From NCBI GenBank assembly GCA_039932735.1, contig JBDTPK010000001.1, positions 1 to 59,529 on the forward strand: DNA of 59,529 nt, written 5' to 3'. The notes under the pieces were generated by a model. It worked only from the letters and a program-made list of their open reading frames with translations. It was not told the origin of the DNA and searched no databases. Every line of letters begins with the position of its first letter. Position 1 is the first letter of the stretch. The position numbers and the translations under genes were made by a program. The DNA comes from Nitrospirota bacterium. GTDB taxonomy: Bacteria; Nitrospirota; Nitrospiria; Nitrospirales; Nitrospiraceae. Positions 21,576 through 32,200 of the stretch are shown piece after piece.

Positions 21576-23318
21576 ATGAGCTTGATCAGATTTTTGATAC
21601 GGAGTTCTTGGCGATTGCTGCTGGGTTCCGTTCTGGCCGGTGTGGTCAGCGGTTTGGCAGGGGCCGCGATCATTGCCGTCATTCATAAGGGAATGAACGG
21701 GACCGACTCGTCGTATACGCTTGCCTGGAGTTTTCTGGCGCTCGCGTTGCTGGTCGCCTTGTCCAAAGCGCTGTCGGAGATTCTACTGACCAGGCTGGGG
21801 CAAACCACTATTTCAGAGTTGCGCATGCAGCTGAGTCGCCTCATTTTGCAGGCCCCGCTGCGTCAGGTTGAGGAACTGGGCTCCCACCGATTGCTGGCCG
21901 CACTGAGCGACGACACCGACGTGATCGCGCAGGCCTATGTGCAGCTGCCGCTCATTTGCGTCAACCTGGCGACGACGATCGGCTGTCTTGCGTATCTGGG
22001 ATGGCTGTCCTGGCCGCTGCTGGTTCTCGTCCTGGCATGCATGGGGCTCGGCAGCGTCACATTCCAAATGCAGGAGCAGCGCGCCTTGCGCTATTTCAAA
22101 CGAGCGCGCGAAACGAACGATGCCCTCTTCCGGCATTTCCGCTCCATCACGGCCGGGATCAAAGAGCTCAAATTACATCGTCCGCGGCGGCAAGCGTTTC
22201 TCGGGACGCTGCTGCAGCGAACCGTGAACGAGTATCAGCGGGACTTCGTCAGCGGCATGACGGTGTATTCCATCGCGTCCAGCTGGGGTACGTTTCTCTT
22301 TTATGCGGTTATCGGAGTCGTCCTTTTCCTATGGCCGTCCTTGCGGCACTTACCTATCGAGACCGTGGTCGGCGGGACATTGGTGCTTCTATATATGATG
22401 AGCCCGTTTGCTCAGATCGTAGAATTGCTGCCCGGTGTCGGTCGGGCGAATATTGCCCTGAAGAAAATTGAGTCGCTGGGTCTTTCGTTGGCCGCCCCTG
22501 CGGCGACTCTTGGCGATGAAGATGGCCACAGCACTGCACTTGGCATAGACCTCGCTGGTTGGAGGCGGCTGGAGCTGTCGGGCGTTACACATCGCTATTA
22601 TCGTGAGACGGAAGATTCCAACTTTTCCATGGGCCCGATCGATCTCAGTTTTTCCCCCGGCGAAGTAACCTTTCTCATCGGCGGAAACGGGAGCGGCAAG
22701 ACCACGCTGGCGATGGTGCTGTTGGGGCTCTATACGCCTGAGTCGGGAACAATCCGCCTCGACGGTGTTCCGATTGACGATGCCAATCGTGAAGCCTATC
22801 GGCAATTGTTCTCGACGGTGTTTTCGGATTACTACCTGTTCGATTCCCTACTGGGACTTCAGAAGGACGATCTGGATGCGGAGGCGCTGGGCTATTTGGC
22901 GCGATTGCAACTCCAGTCCAAGGTGCAGATCGAACAAGGCGCGTTCTCCACCCAAGCGCTATCTCAAGGGCAGCGGAAGCGGCTCGCTCTATTGACGGCG
23001 TATGTCGAAGACCGTCCGTTCTACGTCTTTGATGAATGGGCGGCCGATCAGGACCCTCTATTTCGAAAAGTGTTTTACACGGAGCTTTTGCCGGATCTGA
23101 AGGCGCAGGGCAAGGCAGTCTTCGTCATTACACATGACGATCAATACTTCCCGCTCGCCGATCGATGCGTTCGAATGGATTACGGCCGGATCGTGAACGT
23201 CTCCACGCCATCCATGGTGCTCGGCGAGCACGATTTCGCGCTGTCTCAATCCCGGGCATCAGGTATTGACGCGGGCCCGGTACGGGCGGGTTCTTTGTCC
23301 AAGGAGGAACAAACATGA
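21576..23318 (+). CDS. Cyclic-peptide/siderophore-precursor export ABC transporter (PvdE-like, fused TMD-NBD)
   Basis: Six-helix TMD, Walker A GGNGSGKTT, signature LSQGQRKRL, Walker B YVFDEWAADQD. Size and architecture match PvdE/SyrD-type exporters. Confidence 0.85.
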   Translation: MSLIRFLIRSSWRLLLGSVLAGVVSGLAGAAIIAVIHKGMNGTDSSYTLAWSFLALALLVALSKALSEILLTRLGQTTISELRMQLSRLILQAPLRQVEELGSHRLLAALSDDTDVIAQAYVQLPLICVNLATTIGCLAYLGWLSWPLLVLVLACMGLGSVTFQMQEQRALRYFKRARETNDALFRHFRSITAGIKELKLHRPRRQAFLGTLLQRTVNEYQRDFVSGMTVYSIASSWGTFLFYAVIGVVLFLWPSLRHLPIETVVGGTLVLLYMMSPFAQIVELLPGVGRANIALKKIESLGLSLAAPAATLGDEDGHSTALGIDLAGWRRLELSGVTHRYYRETEDSNFSMGPIDLSFSPGEVTFLIGGNGSGKTTLAMVLLGLYTPESGTIRLDGVPIDDANREAYRQLFSTVFSDYYLFDSLLGLQKDDLDAEALGYLARLQLQSKVQIEQGAFSTQALSQGQRKRLALLTAYVEDRPFYVFDEWAADQDPLFRKVFYTELLPDLKAQGKAVFVITHDDQYFPLADRCVRMDYGRIVNVSTPSMVLGEHDFALSQSRASGIDAGPVRAGSLSKEEQT

Positions 23319-24715
23319 CGATTCATGTCGATGAAATATGGGAACCGATCGGGGTGACCCCACCGATAGAAAATCTCGGCGCCAATCCCTATCTGGAACG
23401 GCAAGCGTTGAGAGAGTCGAACGCGCGCAGTTATCCGCGCCGGCTGCCGCTGGCGCTCAAGAAAGGGAAAGGTATTTACGTTCAAGATACCGAGGGGAGG
23501 ACCTATATCGATTGTCTGGCTGGTGCCGGGGCATTGGTCCTCGGACACAACCATCCCGTCGTCGTCGAGGCGATCAGCCGGATGCTGCGAGACGGACTCC
23601 CGCTACAGCTGCTGGATTTGACGACGCCGCTCAAAGACCGCTTCGTCGAGAAGTTGTTCGAGTGTCTGCCGAAGAAGTTTGCCGACGGGGCAAAAATTCA
23701 GTTCTGCGGACCATCGGGAGCGGATGCGGTAGAGGCGTCGATCAAGCTGGTAAAAATCGCCCGTGCTCGACGTTCCATTCTGGGGTTTCAAGGTGCCTAT
23801 CATGGGATGACGCATGGCACGCTGGCGTTGACAGGCCATCTGGCTCCCAAAAATGCCATCAGCGGGCTCATGGCTGATGTCCATTTCTTACCCTACCCTT
23901 ATACGTATCGTTGCCCGTTCGGCGTGGGCGGTGAAGAGGGGCATCGTCTCTCCAGTGCCTATATCGAGCGGCTCTTGGACGACCCTAACAGCGGGATCGT
24001 GGAACCGGCCGGGATGATTTTGGAGGTGGTCCAGGGGGAAGGTGGCGTCATTCCGGCGTCACTCAGCTGGCTGCAGGAAATCCGCCGCATCACTCGTGAG
24101 CGTGGCATTCCGTTGATTGTCGACGAGATACAAACCGGCTTGGGGCGAACCGGTACGCTGTTCGCGTTCGAACAGGCTGACATCGTACCGGATGTCGTCG
24201 TCTTGTCCAAAGCGATCGGCGGCGGATTGCCGTTGAGCGTGGTGGTGTATCGACCTGAATTAGATCAATGGACCGCGGGGGCACACGCCGGCACATTCAG
24301 GGGCAATCAATTGGCTATGGCGACCGGGGAAGCCACCATCGATTTCATTTGCCGCGAGCATGTGGCGCTGCATGCCGCCCGGATGGGGGAACGGCTGATG
24401 AGCCACTTGCATGGGATACAGGCGAACTCACGGAGTTTCGGCGATGTGCGGGGGCGGGGCCTGATGATCGGAGTGGAAATCGTCAATACCGAAAATCCTC
24501 CGGATCAGTCTGGGGCATTTGCTGCCGCGCCGGCTGTCGCGACCAGGATCCAGCGCGAAGCGTTGCTGCGCGGCCTGATTCTGGAGCTCGGCGGGCGGAA
24601 TAACAGCGTGGTGCGGTTTCTCCCGCCCTTGATCGTCACAGCAGAACAGGTCGACACGATCGCGATGATTTTCTCCGAGGCCGTCAAGGCGGCAGAGCAG
24701 GATTGCACAGCATGA
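23315..24715 (+). CDS. Class III aminotransferase, diaminobutyrate-2-oxoglutarate transaminase type (PvdH/EctB-like)
   Basis: CGPSGADAVEASIKL, AYHGMTHGTLALTG, DEIQTGLGRTGTLFAFE, and LSKAIGGGLP with the PLP Lys. ATGA overlap with the ABC gene. Confidence 0.85.
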   Translation: MTIHVDEIWEPIGVTPPIENLGANPYLERQALRESNARSYPRRLPLALKKGKGIYVQDTEGRTYIDCLAGAGALVLGHNHPVVVEAISRMLRDGLPLQLLDLTTPLKDRFVEKLFECLPKKFADGAKIQFCGPSGADAVEASIKLVKIARARRSILGFQGAYHGMTHGTLALTGHLAPKNAISGLMADVHFLPYPYTYRCPFGVGGEEGHRLSSAYIERLLDDPNSGIVEPAGMILEVVQGEGGVIPASLSWLQEIRRITRERGIPLIVDEIQTGLGRTGTLFAFEQADIVPDVVVLSKAIGGGLPLSVVVYRPELDQWTAGAHAGTFRGNQLAMATGEATIDFICREHVALHAARMGERLMSHLHGIQANSRSFGDVRGRGLMIGVEIVNTENPPDQSGAFAAAPAVATRIQREALLRGLILELGGRNNSVVRFLPPLIVTAEQVDTIAMIFSEAVKAAEQDCTA

Positions 24716-27129
24716 CACCTTTCCGTGGCGTGGCCATTGCCACTGCCGTAATTGTGACGGTCGTGGGCGGATGGGGTGTGCTGGTGCTCCGCGCCTCCCT
24801 GCCGGTCTTGGACGGCGACGTCAAAATGCAGGGGTTACAGGCGCCGGTGACAGTGACTTCTGACAAACAAGGAATTCCTTCGATTACGGCCGACTCACGG
24901 ATGGATGCGCTGAGAGCGCTCGGTTTCGTGACCGCGCAAGACCGCCTATTTCAGATGGATCTGTTGCGTCGAAGCAGCGCCGGACGGCTTGCCGAGGTGC
25001 TCGGAGAGTCGGTCGTGAACATGGACCTCAAGCAACGAACGGTCGGATTCATGCAGGTGGCGGACGCCGTCATGCGCCGCTTGCCCGGAGAGCAGAGAGC
25101 GGCGTTGGAGGCCTACGCGGAAGGAGTCAACGCATTCCTCGCACAGATGAAGGGGCTTCCAGTCGAATGTGTGCTGCTTGGCTATCGGCCATCGGTATGG
25201 CGGCCGGAAGACAGTTTGTTAGTCGTATTGGGAATGTTTCAGATGCTGAATGGATATGACGACGATGAACGTATGCGCACCGTCATGCGCAGCACTTTTC
25301 CGGATGACGTCTTGGCGTTTCTCATCCCGGCCATCGATCCATACACCGACATGCTGCTGCGTGGGGCCACGTCATTGGCCGCTTCGTCTCCTATTCCGGT
25401 GCAGAGTTTGGCGACGGTTCGTCGCCCCCTCGATCTGAATAGGCCGTCACAGGCGTCCATGATCATTTCCGATAATCCCGTTGTGGGATCGAATGCCTGG
25501 GCGGTCGGGGGATCCAGAACAGCAGACGGCCGCGCCATTCTCGCCAACGATATGCATCTCGACGTGGCGGTTCCCAATATCTGGTATCGCGTCCAGCTTC
25601 GGTATGAGGACGTCGACATGGCTGGCATGGTCGTGCCAGGAATTCCTATCATGATCACGGGATCGAACGGCTACGTCGCGTGGGGCTTGACCAATGTGGA
25701 GGGAGATTTTCTCGATCTCGTGCAGGTGGAACTGAATCCTCGTAATGCGCATGAGTATGCGACGGCAGACGGCTGGCGTTCTTTTGCGATCAGGCGAGAA
25801 ACGATTATGGTCAAGGGTGGAGACGACCGACAGTTGGATGTGAAGGAAACGATCTGGGGTCCCCTGGCAGCCGAGCCCTTGCTCGGTCGATCAGTGGCAA
25901 TTCGCTGGACCGCCCTCGATCCGGATGCAGTGGACGTGGGGTTGCTGTACATGGATCGGGTTCGTTCTCTGCAGGAGGCGATTTCTGTTGCAAATCGGGC
26001 CGCCGGTCCTGCGAACAACGTGCTGCTCGCGGATGTCAACGGTGACATCGCCTGGACGTATACGGGAAGAATTCCCATTCGTCATGGATTCGACGGTTCC
26101 GTCAGTCTCTCATGGGCAGATGGCCGGGCCGGTTGGTCGGGATTCATTGAACCAGATCGGCTGCCGCGGATTGTGAACCCTCCGTCCGGGTTTCTCGTGA
26201 GCGCGAACCAGCGCATGGTGGCCGGCGACTATCCCTATGTGATCGGACATTCATTCGCTGGCGGGTATCGGGCATATCGAATTACGGAGCGTCTGCGCAC
26301 CATGATCCCGGCGCGTGAACAGGATTTGTTCGCTCTTCAACTGGATACGACGACAGAGATCTATGAGTTTTACCGGAACCTCGCGTTGCAGTTGTTGAGT
26401 AAGACCGTACTCCAGCAGAACCCCCATCTATCGGAAATCCATCACGTGCTCCAGATGTGGAGTGGAAAGGCTGATGTTGAGAGCAGAGGATTCGGGCTGT
26501 TGGTGGAATTCAGAAAATCGTTGGCGCGGTCGGTCTTCGCTCCGTTTTTAGAAATGTGCCGTGAGAAAGACGAACGATTCGTCTACGACGGCGATCTGGA
26601 TACCCCGTTGCGGGCACTTCTGACAGCACAAGTACCGCAGCTATTGCCCGATCAGGAGCACTTCGCGGACTGGCATGCCTTCCTCTTGCAAGTGCTGGAA
26701 AAAAGCGCCGAGGACCTGATGGGGAAATATCATGTGGCGACGCTGGGTGAATTGACCTGGGGAACCATGAATCTAGTTCAGATGGCCCATCCGTTGGCGG
26801 ATGCACTCCCGGGATTGAGATTCTTATTGAACATGCCGAATGAAGAAGTGCCCGGGTGCGGCCAGTGTGTGCGAGTCGCCAGCGGGAGTCTCACTGCGAG
26901 CCAGCGACTGGTGGTGTCTCCGGCTCATCACGGGGACGGGATTTTTCATATGCCTGGGGGCCAGTCAGGACATCCGTTTTCGCCCCACTACCGCGATCAG
27001 CATCCCTACTGGAGCAAAGGGATTTCCTCGCCGTTGTTGGCAGGTCCGGCCACGCATCGACTTACATTGACGCCCGTTGCCGTGGCAGATGTAACGGCTG
27101 CAGCAGTCCACGGTGGGCAAGGGACCTAA
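24712..27129 (+). CDS. Ntn-hydrolase acylase of the penicillin amidase / PvdQ family
   Basis: N-terminal signal/anchor, DRLFQMDLLRR, and the autoprocessing site VVGSNAWAVGG followed by ANDMHL. ATG 24712 overlaps the upstream stop; the ORF is open from TTG 24703. Confidence 0.9.
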   Translation: MTPFRGVAIATAVIVTVVGGWGVLVLRASLPVLDGDVKMQGLQAPVTVTSDKQGIPSITADSRMDALRALGFVTAQDRLFQMDLLRRSSAGRLAEVLGESVVNMDLKQRTVGFMQVADAVMRRLPGEQRAALEAYAEGVNAFLAQMKGLPVECVLLGYRPSVWRPEDSLLVVLGMFQMLNGYDDDERMRTVMRSTFPDDVLAFLIPAIDPYTDMLLRGATSLAASSPIPVQSLATVRRPLDLNRPSQASMIISDNPVVGSNAWAVGGSRTADGRAILANDMHLDVAVPNIWYRVQLRYEDVDMAGMVVPGIPIMITGSNGYVAWGLTNVEGDFLDLVQVELNPRNAHEYATADGWRSFAIRRETIMVKGGDDRQLDVKETIWGPLAAEPLLGRSVAIRWTALDPDAVDVGLLYMDRVRSLQEAISVANRAAGPANNVLLADVNGDIAWTYTGRIPIRHGFDGSVSLSWADGRAGWSGFIEPDRLPRIVNPPSGFLVSANQRMVAGDYPYVIGHSFAGGYRAYRITERLRTMIPAREQDLFALQLDTTTEIYEFYRNLALQLLSKTVLQQNPHLSEIHHVLQMWSGKADVESRGFGLLVEFRKSLARSVFAPFLEMCREKDERFVYDGDLDTPLRALLTAQVPQLLPDQEHFADWHAFLLQVLEKSAEDLMGKYHVATLGELTWGTMNLVQMAHPLADALPGLRFLLNMPNEEVPGCGQCVRVASGSLTASQRLVVSPAHHGDGIFHMPGGQSGHPFSPHYRDQHPYWSKGISSPLLAGPATHRLTLTPVAVADVTAAAVHGGQGT

Positions 27130-27152
27130 CCGTAACCACATAAGGAGGCACC

Positions 27153-27389
27153 ATGGGAAACGACGAACGGGAAGATACGACGGTCTACAAAGTGGTGATG
27201 AATCATGAAGAGCAATATTCCATCTGGCCGTCCTACCGGGACAATCCTCTCGGGTGGACGGATGCGGGGAAGACCGGTCTCAAGCAAGAGTGCTTGAACT
27301 ACATCAAGGAGGTGTGGACGGACATGCGGCCGTTGAGTTTGCGCAAGTGGATGGCTGAACAGGTGGACAAGACGATCCCGTCATGCTGA
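27153..27389 (+). CDS. MbtH-like protein
   Basis: [26 protein letters not shown]...[17 protein letters not shown] contains the three conserved Trp residues. An aaggagg RBS is present. Confidence 0.95.
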   Translation: MGNDEREDTTVYKVVMNHEEQYSIWPSYRDNPLGWTDAGKTGLKQECLNYIKEVWTDMRPLSLRKWMAEQVDKTIPSC

Positions 27390-28135
27390 CCGCTGCGCGA
27401 TCACAATCGTGGTTTGTCACCCGCCGTCAGACGGCTGGGATACGGCTGTTGTGTTTCCCCTATGCAGGCGGAGGACCCGCAGTGTTTCGCAGTTGGCCGC
27501 AATATCTTTCGCCGGATATCGAGCTCTGTGCCGTTCAGTTGCCGGGGAGAGGGGCGCGAATGAATGATGCGTCAATCGGAGAACTCCGGCGTTTGGTCGC
27601 CGAGCTGGCGGAGGTCATCGAGCCGAGTCTCGATCGGCCGATCGCGCTGTTCGGACACAGCATCGGCGGGCTGATCGCATTCGAACTTGCGCGCGAGATA
27701 CGACGGCGCTATGGCGTCGAACCGGCGCATCTTTTCGTATCGGGCTGTCCCGCGCCTCAGATTCTCGACAATGATCCGCTCTTCGATATGCCGGAGGAGG
27801 AATTCCTCGATCGCATCCGGCGATTCAACGGGACCCCATGGGAAGTGCTGGAAAATCCGGAAATGATGCAACTCGTTCTCCCTGCGCTCCGTGCGGATTT
27901 CTCGTTGCGTGATACGTATGTGCATGCCGCGGAACCTCCCTTTCGCTGTGCGATCTCGGCCTTCGGCGGCATGGACGACGAGGGTGTGGGAACAGAGAAA
28001 CTTGAGCAATGGAGAGACCATACGTCCGATGTGTTTCAATTGTGTTTGTTTCAAGGGGACCATTTTTTTCTACGGACCGCGCAAGCCGCCGTGGTCGAAT
28101 CCGTCGCCGTGACATTGCAGCGGTATGGACATTGA
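27383..28135 (+). CDS. Type II (editing) thioesterase
   Basis: [23 protein letters not shown] (GxSxG) and GDHFFL. 250 aa. Confidence 0.9.
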   Translation: MLTAARSQSWFVTRRQTAGIRLLCFPYAGGGPAVFRSWPQYLSPDIELCAVQLPGRGARMNDASIGELRRLVAELAEVIEPSLDRPIALFGHSIGGLIAFELAREIRRRYGVEPAHLFVSGCPAPQILDNDPLFDMPEEEFLDRIRRFNGTPWEVLENPEMMQLVLPALRADFSLRDTYVHAAEPPFRCAISAFGGMDDEGVGTEKLEQWRDHTSDVFQLCLFQGDHFFLRTAQAAVVESVAVTLQRYGH

Positions 28136-28244
28136 TGAGGAGCATGCCGGACCGACAGGCCTCGGTACTCATCGCTCCCTGTCCAATTCGAACGGGTGGA
28201 CCGGTCCGGCGAGCAAGAATTCAGGATGATCCGGAGGAGCACAG

Positions 28245-29282
28245 ATGAACAATGATCTTCGGACGGGTTGTTCCCTACCGCTTCAGTCAGGTGAGGAGAT
28301 CGACGCGAAGCTGTTGTTTTCGACGGAGTCGCTCTCCCCAGGAGTACGTCTCCCGTTGTTGATGACGGCGAGGGAGGCACGGGGATTGAGTGAATATTCG
28401 GCGGCTGCGCGTCGCGGCGCCGACAAGCACTTGTCGATTCATGGCGGCGTCCTGTTTCGAGGATTACCGGTGGCGTCGCCGTTGGACTTCGAAGCATTTG
28501 TGAGTGTCTTTACGCCCTCGATGATTTCCTATGAATTCGGATCTACACCGCGCTCGCAGGTTCATCACCAGGTCTACACGTCGACGGAATATCCTCCGCA
28601 TCAAAGTATTCCGTTGCACAACGAGCAGGCGTACACGACGGAATGGCCGATGAAGATCTGGTTTTACTGCGGCCAGGTTGCCGAAGAGGGCGGGTATACG
28701 CCCATTGCGGACAGCCGGGAGGTCTTTGCACGGATTCCGACGCGTATCCGGGAACGGTTTATCAGGAAGCAGGTGATGTATGTGCGTAATTTCGGCAACG
28801 GGCTTGATGTGCCATGGCAGAAGGTGTTCAACACCGTGGATCGTGCCGCGGTTGAACTGTATTGCCGTAAGAACAGGATCCTGTTCGAGTGGAAGCCGGA
28901 CGGCGAACTGAGGACGCGACAGATTGCGCAGGCGGTGGCGACGCATCCCAGGACTCAGGATCAGGTATGGTTCAACCAAGCGCATTTGTTTCACGTGTCG
29001 AATTTGGAACCGGCCGTGCGCGAGGCGCTCTTGTCCGCCGTGAACGAAGAGGATCTTCCGAGACACGCCTATTACGGAGACGGCTCTGCCATCGAGACCG
29101 ATATATTGGATGAAATTCGAGATGTGTATCGTTGTCTCGCGGTTCAGTTCTCCTGGCAGAAGGGAGATGTGTTGATGCTGGACAATATGTTGGCGGCGCA
29201 CGGGCGTACGCCCTTCAAGGGCCGGCGACAGATCCTGGTCGCGATGGCGGAGTCGTCGGGAGCGTCGACCGAATGCCGATGA
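28245..29282 (+). CDS. Stand-alone TauD/TfdA-family Fe(II)/2-oxoglutarate hydroxylase (SyrP-like, putative aspartyl beta-hydroxylase)
   Basis: PLHNEQAY (HxE of the facial triad), GGYTPIADSR, and LDNMLAAHGRTPF (distal His). A ggaggag RBS is present. Confidence 0.85.
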   Translation: MNNDLRTGCSLPLQSGEEIDAKLLFSTESLSPGVRLPLLMTAREARGLSEYSAAARRGADKHLSIHGGVLFRGLPVASPLDFEAFVSVFTPSMISYEFGSTPRSQVHHQVYTSTEYPPHQSIPLHNEQAYTTEWPMKIWFYCGQVAEEGGYTPIADSREVFARIPTRIRERFIRKQVMYVRNFGNGLDVPWQKVFNTVDRAAVELYCRKNRILFEWKPDGELRTRQIAQAVATHPRTQDQVWFNQAHLFHVSNLEPAVREALLSAVNEEDLPRHAYYGDGSAIETDILDEIRDVYRCLAVQFSWQKGDVLMLDNMLAAHGRTPFKGRRQILVAMAESSGASTECR

Positions 29283-32200
29283 ACGACGAAGCCGCACAAA
29301 GCGAGGCGCTGCAATCCGAGGGCGCGGAGACAGAACACTATGTGTTCCCGATGAGCTTTGCGCAGCGTCGATTGTGGTTTCTGTCGCACCTTGAGCCGGA
29401 GAGTGCATCCTATAACACAGCGATCGCCGTGCGGATACAGGGTGTGCTCGACCGGCAGGCCGTCGAGGGCGCGTTCAATGACATCGTGAGACGTCATGAA
29501 GTCTTGCGGACGACTTTCGCTTCACTGGATGGCAATCCCGTGCAGATCATCGCGGTGGAGCGGGAAGTCGATCTCAGGGTGATCACCATCGCCGGGAGCG
29601 ACGACAGGATCGAACGAGCAATCGTCGAAGAAGCACAGCATCCGTTCGATCTTTCACGCGGCCCATTGATTCGCCTGTGTTTGCTGCAGAAGCAAGAGGA
29701 GGAGCACGTCCTTGTCGTCACCCTCCATCATATTGTGTGTGACGGGTGGTCTGCGCAAATCCTGGCCCGGGAATTCGCCTTGTTGTATGCGGCCAGGATG
29801 GCCGGATCGGTGTCTCCCTTGCCGGCGTTGCCAATCCAGTATGCAGATTATGGAGAATGGCAACGGCAATGGTTGCAAGGGCCGGTGCTGGAGCGCCAGT
29901 TGGCCTATTGGACGCGCCAACTGAGCGGTGATTTGCCGGTGTTGGAACTCCCGACCGGCCGGCCGAGAACTGGAGTCCAAGCGTCGTCTGGAAGCCGGCA
30001 TACCTTTGTGGTGCCGGCGAAGGTTGCGCAGGCGCTGATCGCGCTCAGCCGCCGGGAAGGCGTGACGCTGTTTATGACGCTGCTGGCCGCCTTTCAAGTG
30101 CTCTTGCTCCGGTATACGGGAATCGACGATGTCTGTGTCGGCACGTCGGTCGCCTGCCGGACCAGACGCGAGACCGAGGATTTGATCGGCTTCTTCGCCA
30201 ATACCCTCGTCTTGCGCGCCGATCTCTCCGGGAATCCGCCGTTTTCCCGGTTGCTCGCACGGGTACGTGAGGTGGTCATCGGCGCTCAAGCGCATCAAGA
30301 CCTTCCATTCGAAGAACTGGTTGACGCGCTGAAGCCTGTGCGCGACTTGAGTCACTCTCCGTTGTTTCAGGTCATGTTCGTTCTTCAGACCACGCTGTCT
30401 CAGGCTATCAGGCTTCAGGGCCTTTCCGTCGAGATACAGGAAGTGGATATTGCCTCTGCCAAGTTCGACCTCTCGCTCGACATGGCTGAAACGGAGCAAG
30501 GACTGGAAGGCGCATTCGAGTACAACACCGACCTCTTCGAGCAATCGACGATCCTCAGAATGACGGATCAGCTGCTACGGCTGCTTCAAGGGATCGTCGA
30601 TCGCCCTGAGGCGCGTGCACACGAATTGCCGTTCATGGCGGCATCGGAATGGCATCACGTTGTGACTGAGAGTCACGGCCGAGAATCGAGTTTGCCTGTG
30701 ACTACCGGATATGCAGATTTGTTCGAGGCACAGGTGGAGAGGTGTCCCGAGGCTATTGCCGTCGTCTGTCAGGGACAGTCACTGACCTATCGGGAATTGA
30801 ATGCGGCTGCCAATCAGGTGGCACACGCACTGGGCCGAACGGGAGTGGGCGCAGAATCGATCGTGGCGGTGCTCGATCAACGCGGGATTCCCTTTTTGGC
30901 CATGTTGATCGGGGTCCTCAAGGCCGGTGGCGTTTACATGCCGCTCGATCCGACCCATCCGGTCGCGCGTTGGAGCCGACTCATTGAATTGAGCCATGCC
31001 GAGGTCGTCTTGACCACAGAGCCCTATCGGGCATGGCTGCTTGGCGCATCTTCGAGGCTGTCGCAGTCGCAAGACATTCCTGTGCTGACGATGGAACACA
31101 TCCGGGCACTGAGTGCGCCAGAATGTCATCCACCTCGACAGTCGTCGCCGGATCAACTCGCGTACGTCATCTATACGTCCGGGTCCACCGGGGTGCCGAA
31201 AGGCGCGATGGTGACGCAGCAGGGCATGGTCAATCACCTGATGAGCAAGATCGCGGTTTTGGGCTTGGATGCCCAAGCTGTCGTCGCGCAAACGGCATCG
31301 TCCTGTTTCGACATTTCGGTCTGGCAATTTCTTACGGCGCTGCTGTGCGGTGGCCGTACGTTGATTGTCCCTGACGATATCGCACGCGATCCGGCCGCGC
31401 TATTGACGTGTCTGAATGAATCGGGCGCCACGGTCGCCGAAACCGTTCCGGTGGTCCTGCAAGGCATGCTCGATACTGCAGCCGGCTCCACCGCCTATCC
31501 GTTGCACAGGCTCCGCTGGATGCTTCCGACCGGCGAGGCGCTTCCGCCGCAACTCTGCCGCAACTGGCTTCAGCAATTTCCGCACATCCCGCTGATGAAT
31601 GCCTATGGGCCGGCGGAGTGTGCCGATGATGTGGCCATGGCTCCGATCACCGTGCCTCCCGCGCGTGCGCGAATCTGCATGCCCATCGGTTTGCCCATTC
31701 AGAACGTTCGGCTCTATGTATTGGATCGATGGTTGGAACCGACGACGATTGAGGTTCCCGGCGAAATCTGTGTCGGGGGCATCGCGGTCGGGCGTGGGTA
31801 TCTACAAGACTCTGCGCGGACCGCCGAATCGTTTGTGCCTGATCCTTTCGGAAAAGACCCGGGGATGCGTCTCTATCGCACAGGTGACCGCGCGTGCAGG
31901 CGTGCCGACGGGAGTCTGGAATTTCTCGGGCGGTTCGATCACCAGGTCAAACTGCGGGGGGTGCGAATCGAGGTAGGGGAAATCGAGGCCCGTCTTCGCG
32001 AACTCCCGGGCATTCGAGACGCTGTTGTGGCCTTGCGTGAGGATTGCCCTGGGCAAAAGCGGTTGACCGCCTATGTGGTGACGTCAATCGAAGGCGACAA
32101 TCAGCGCGAATCATGGCGCGCGGCGTTGCGAATGTCTCTGCCCGACGCGATGATTCCTGCTTGCTTCGTCCTTATGGACTCGCTTCCTTGCACACCCAAC

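Noticed and set aside
29132-29278. ORF-track start of NRPS 1 at 29132
   Set aside because: It would overlap the TauD gene by 150 nt and add a non-homologous Gly/Arg-rich extension. ATG 29279 forms an ATGA junction with the TauD stop, and C-domain homology begins shortly after it.
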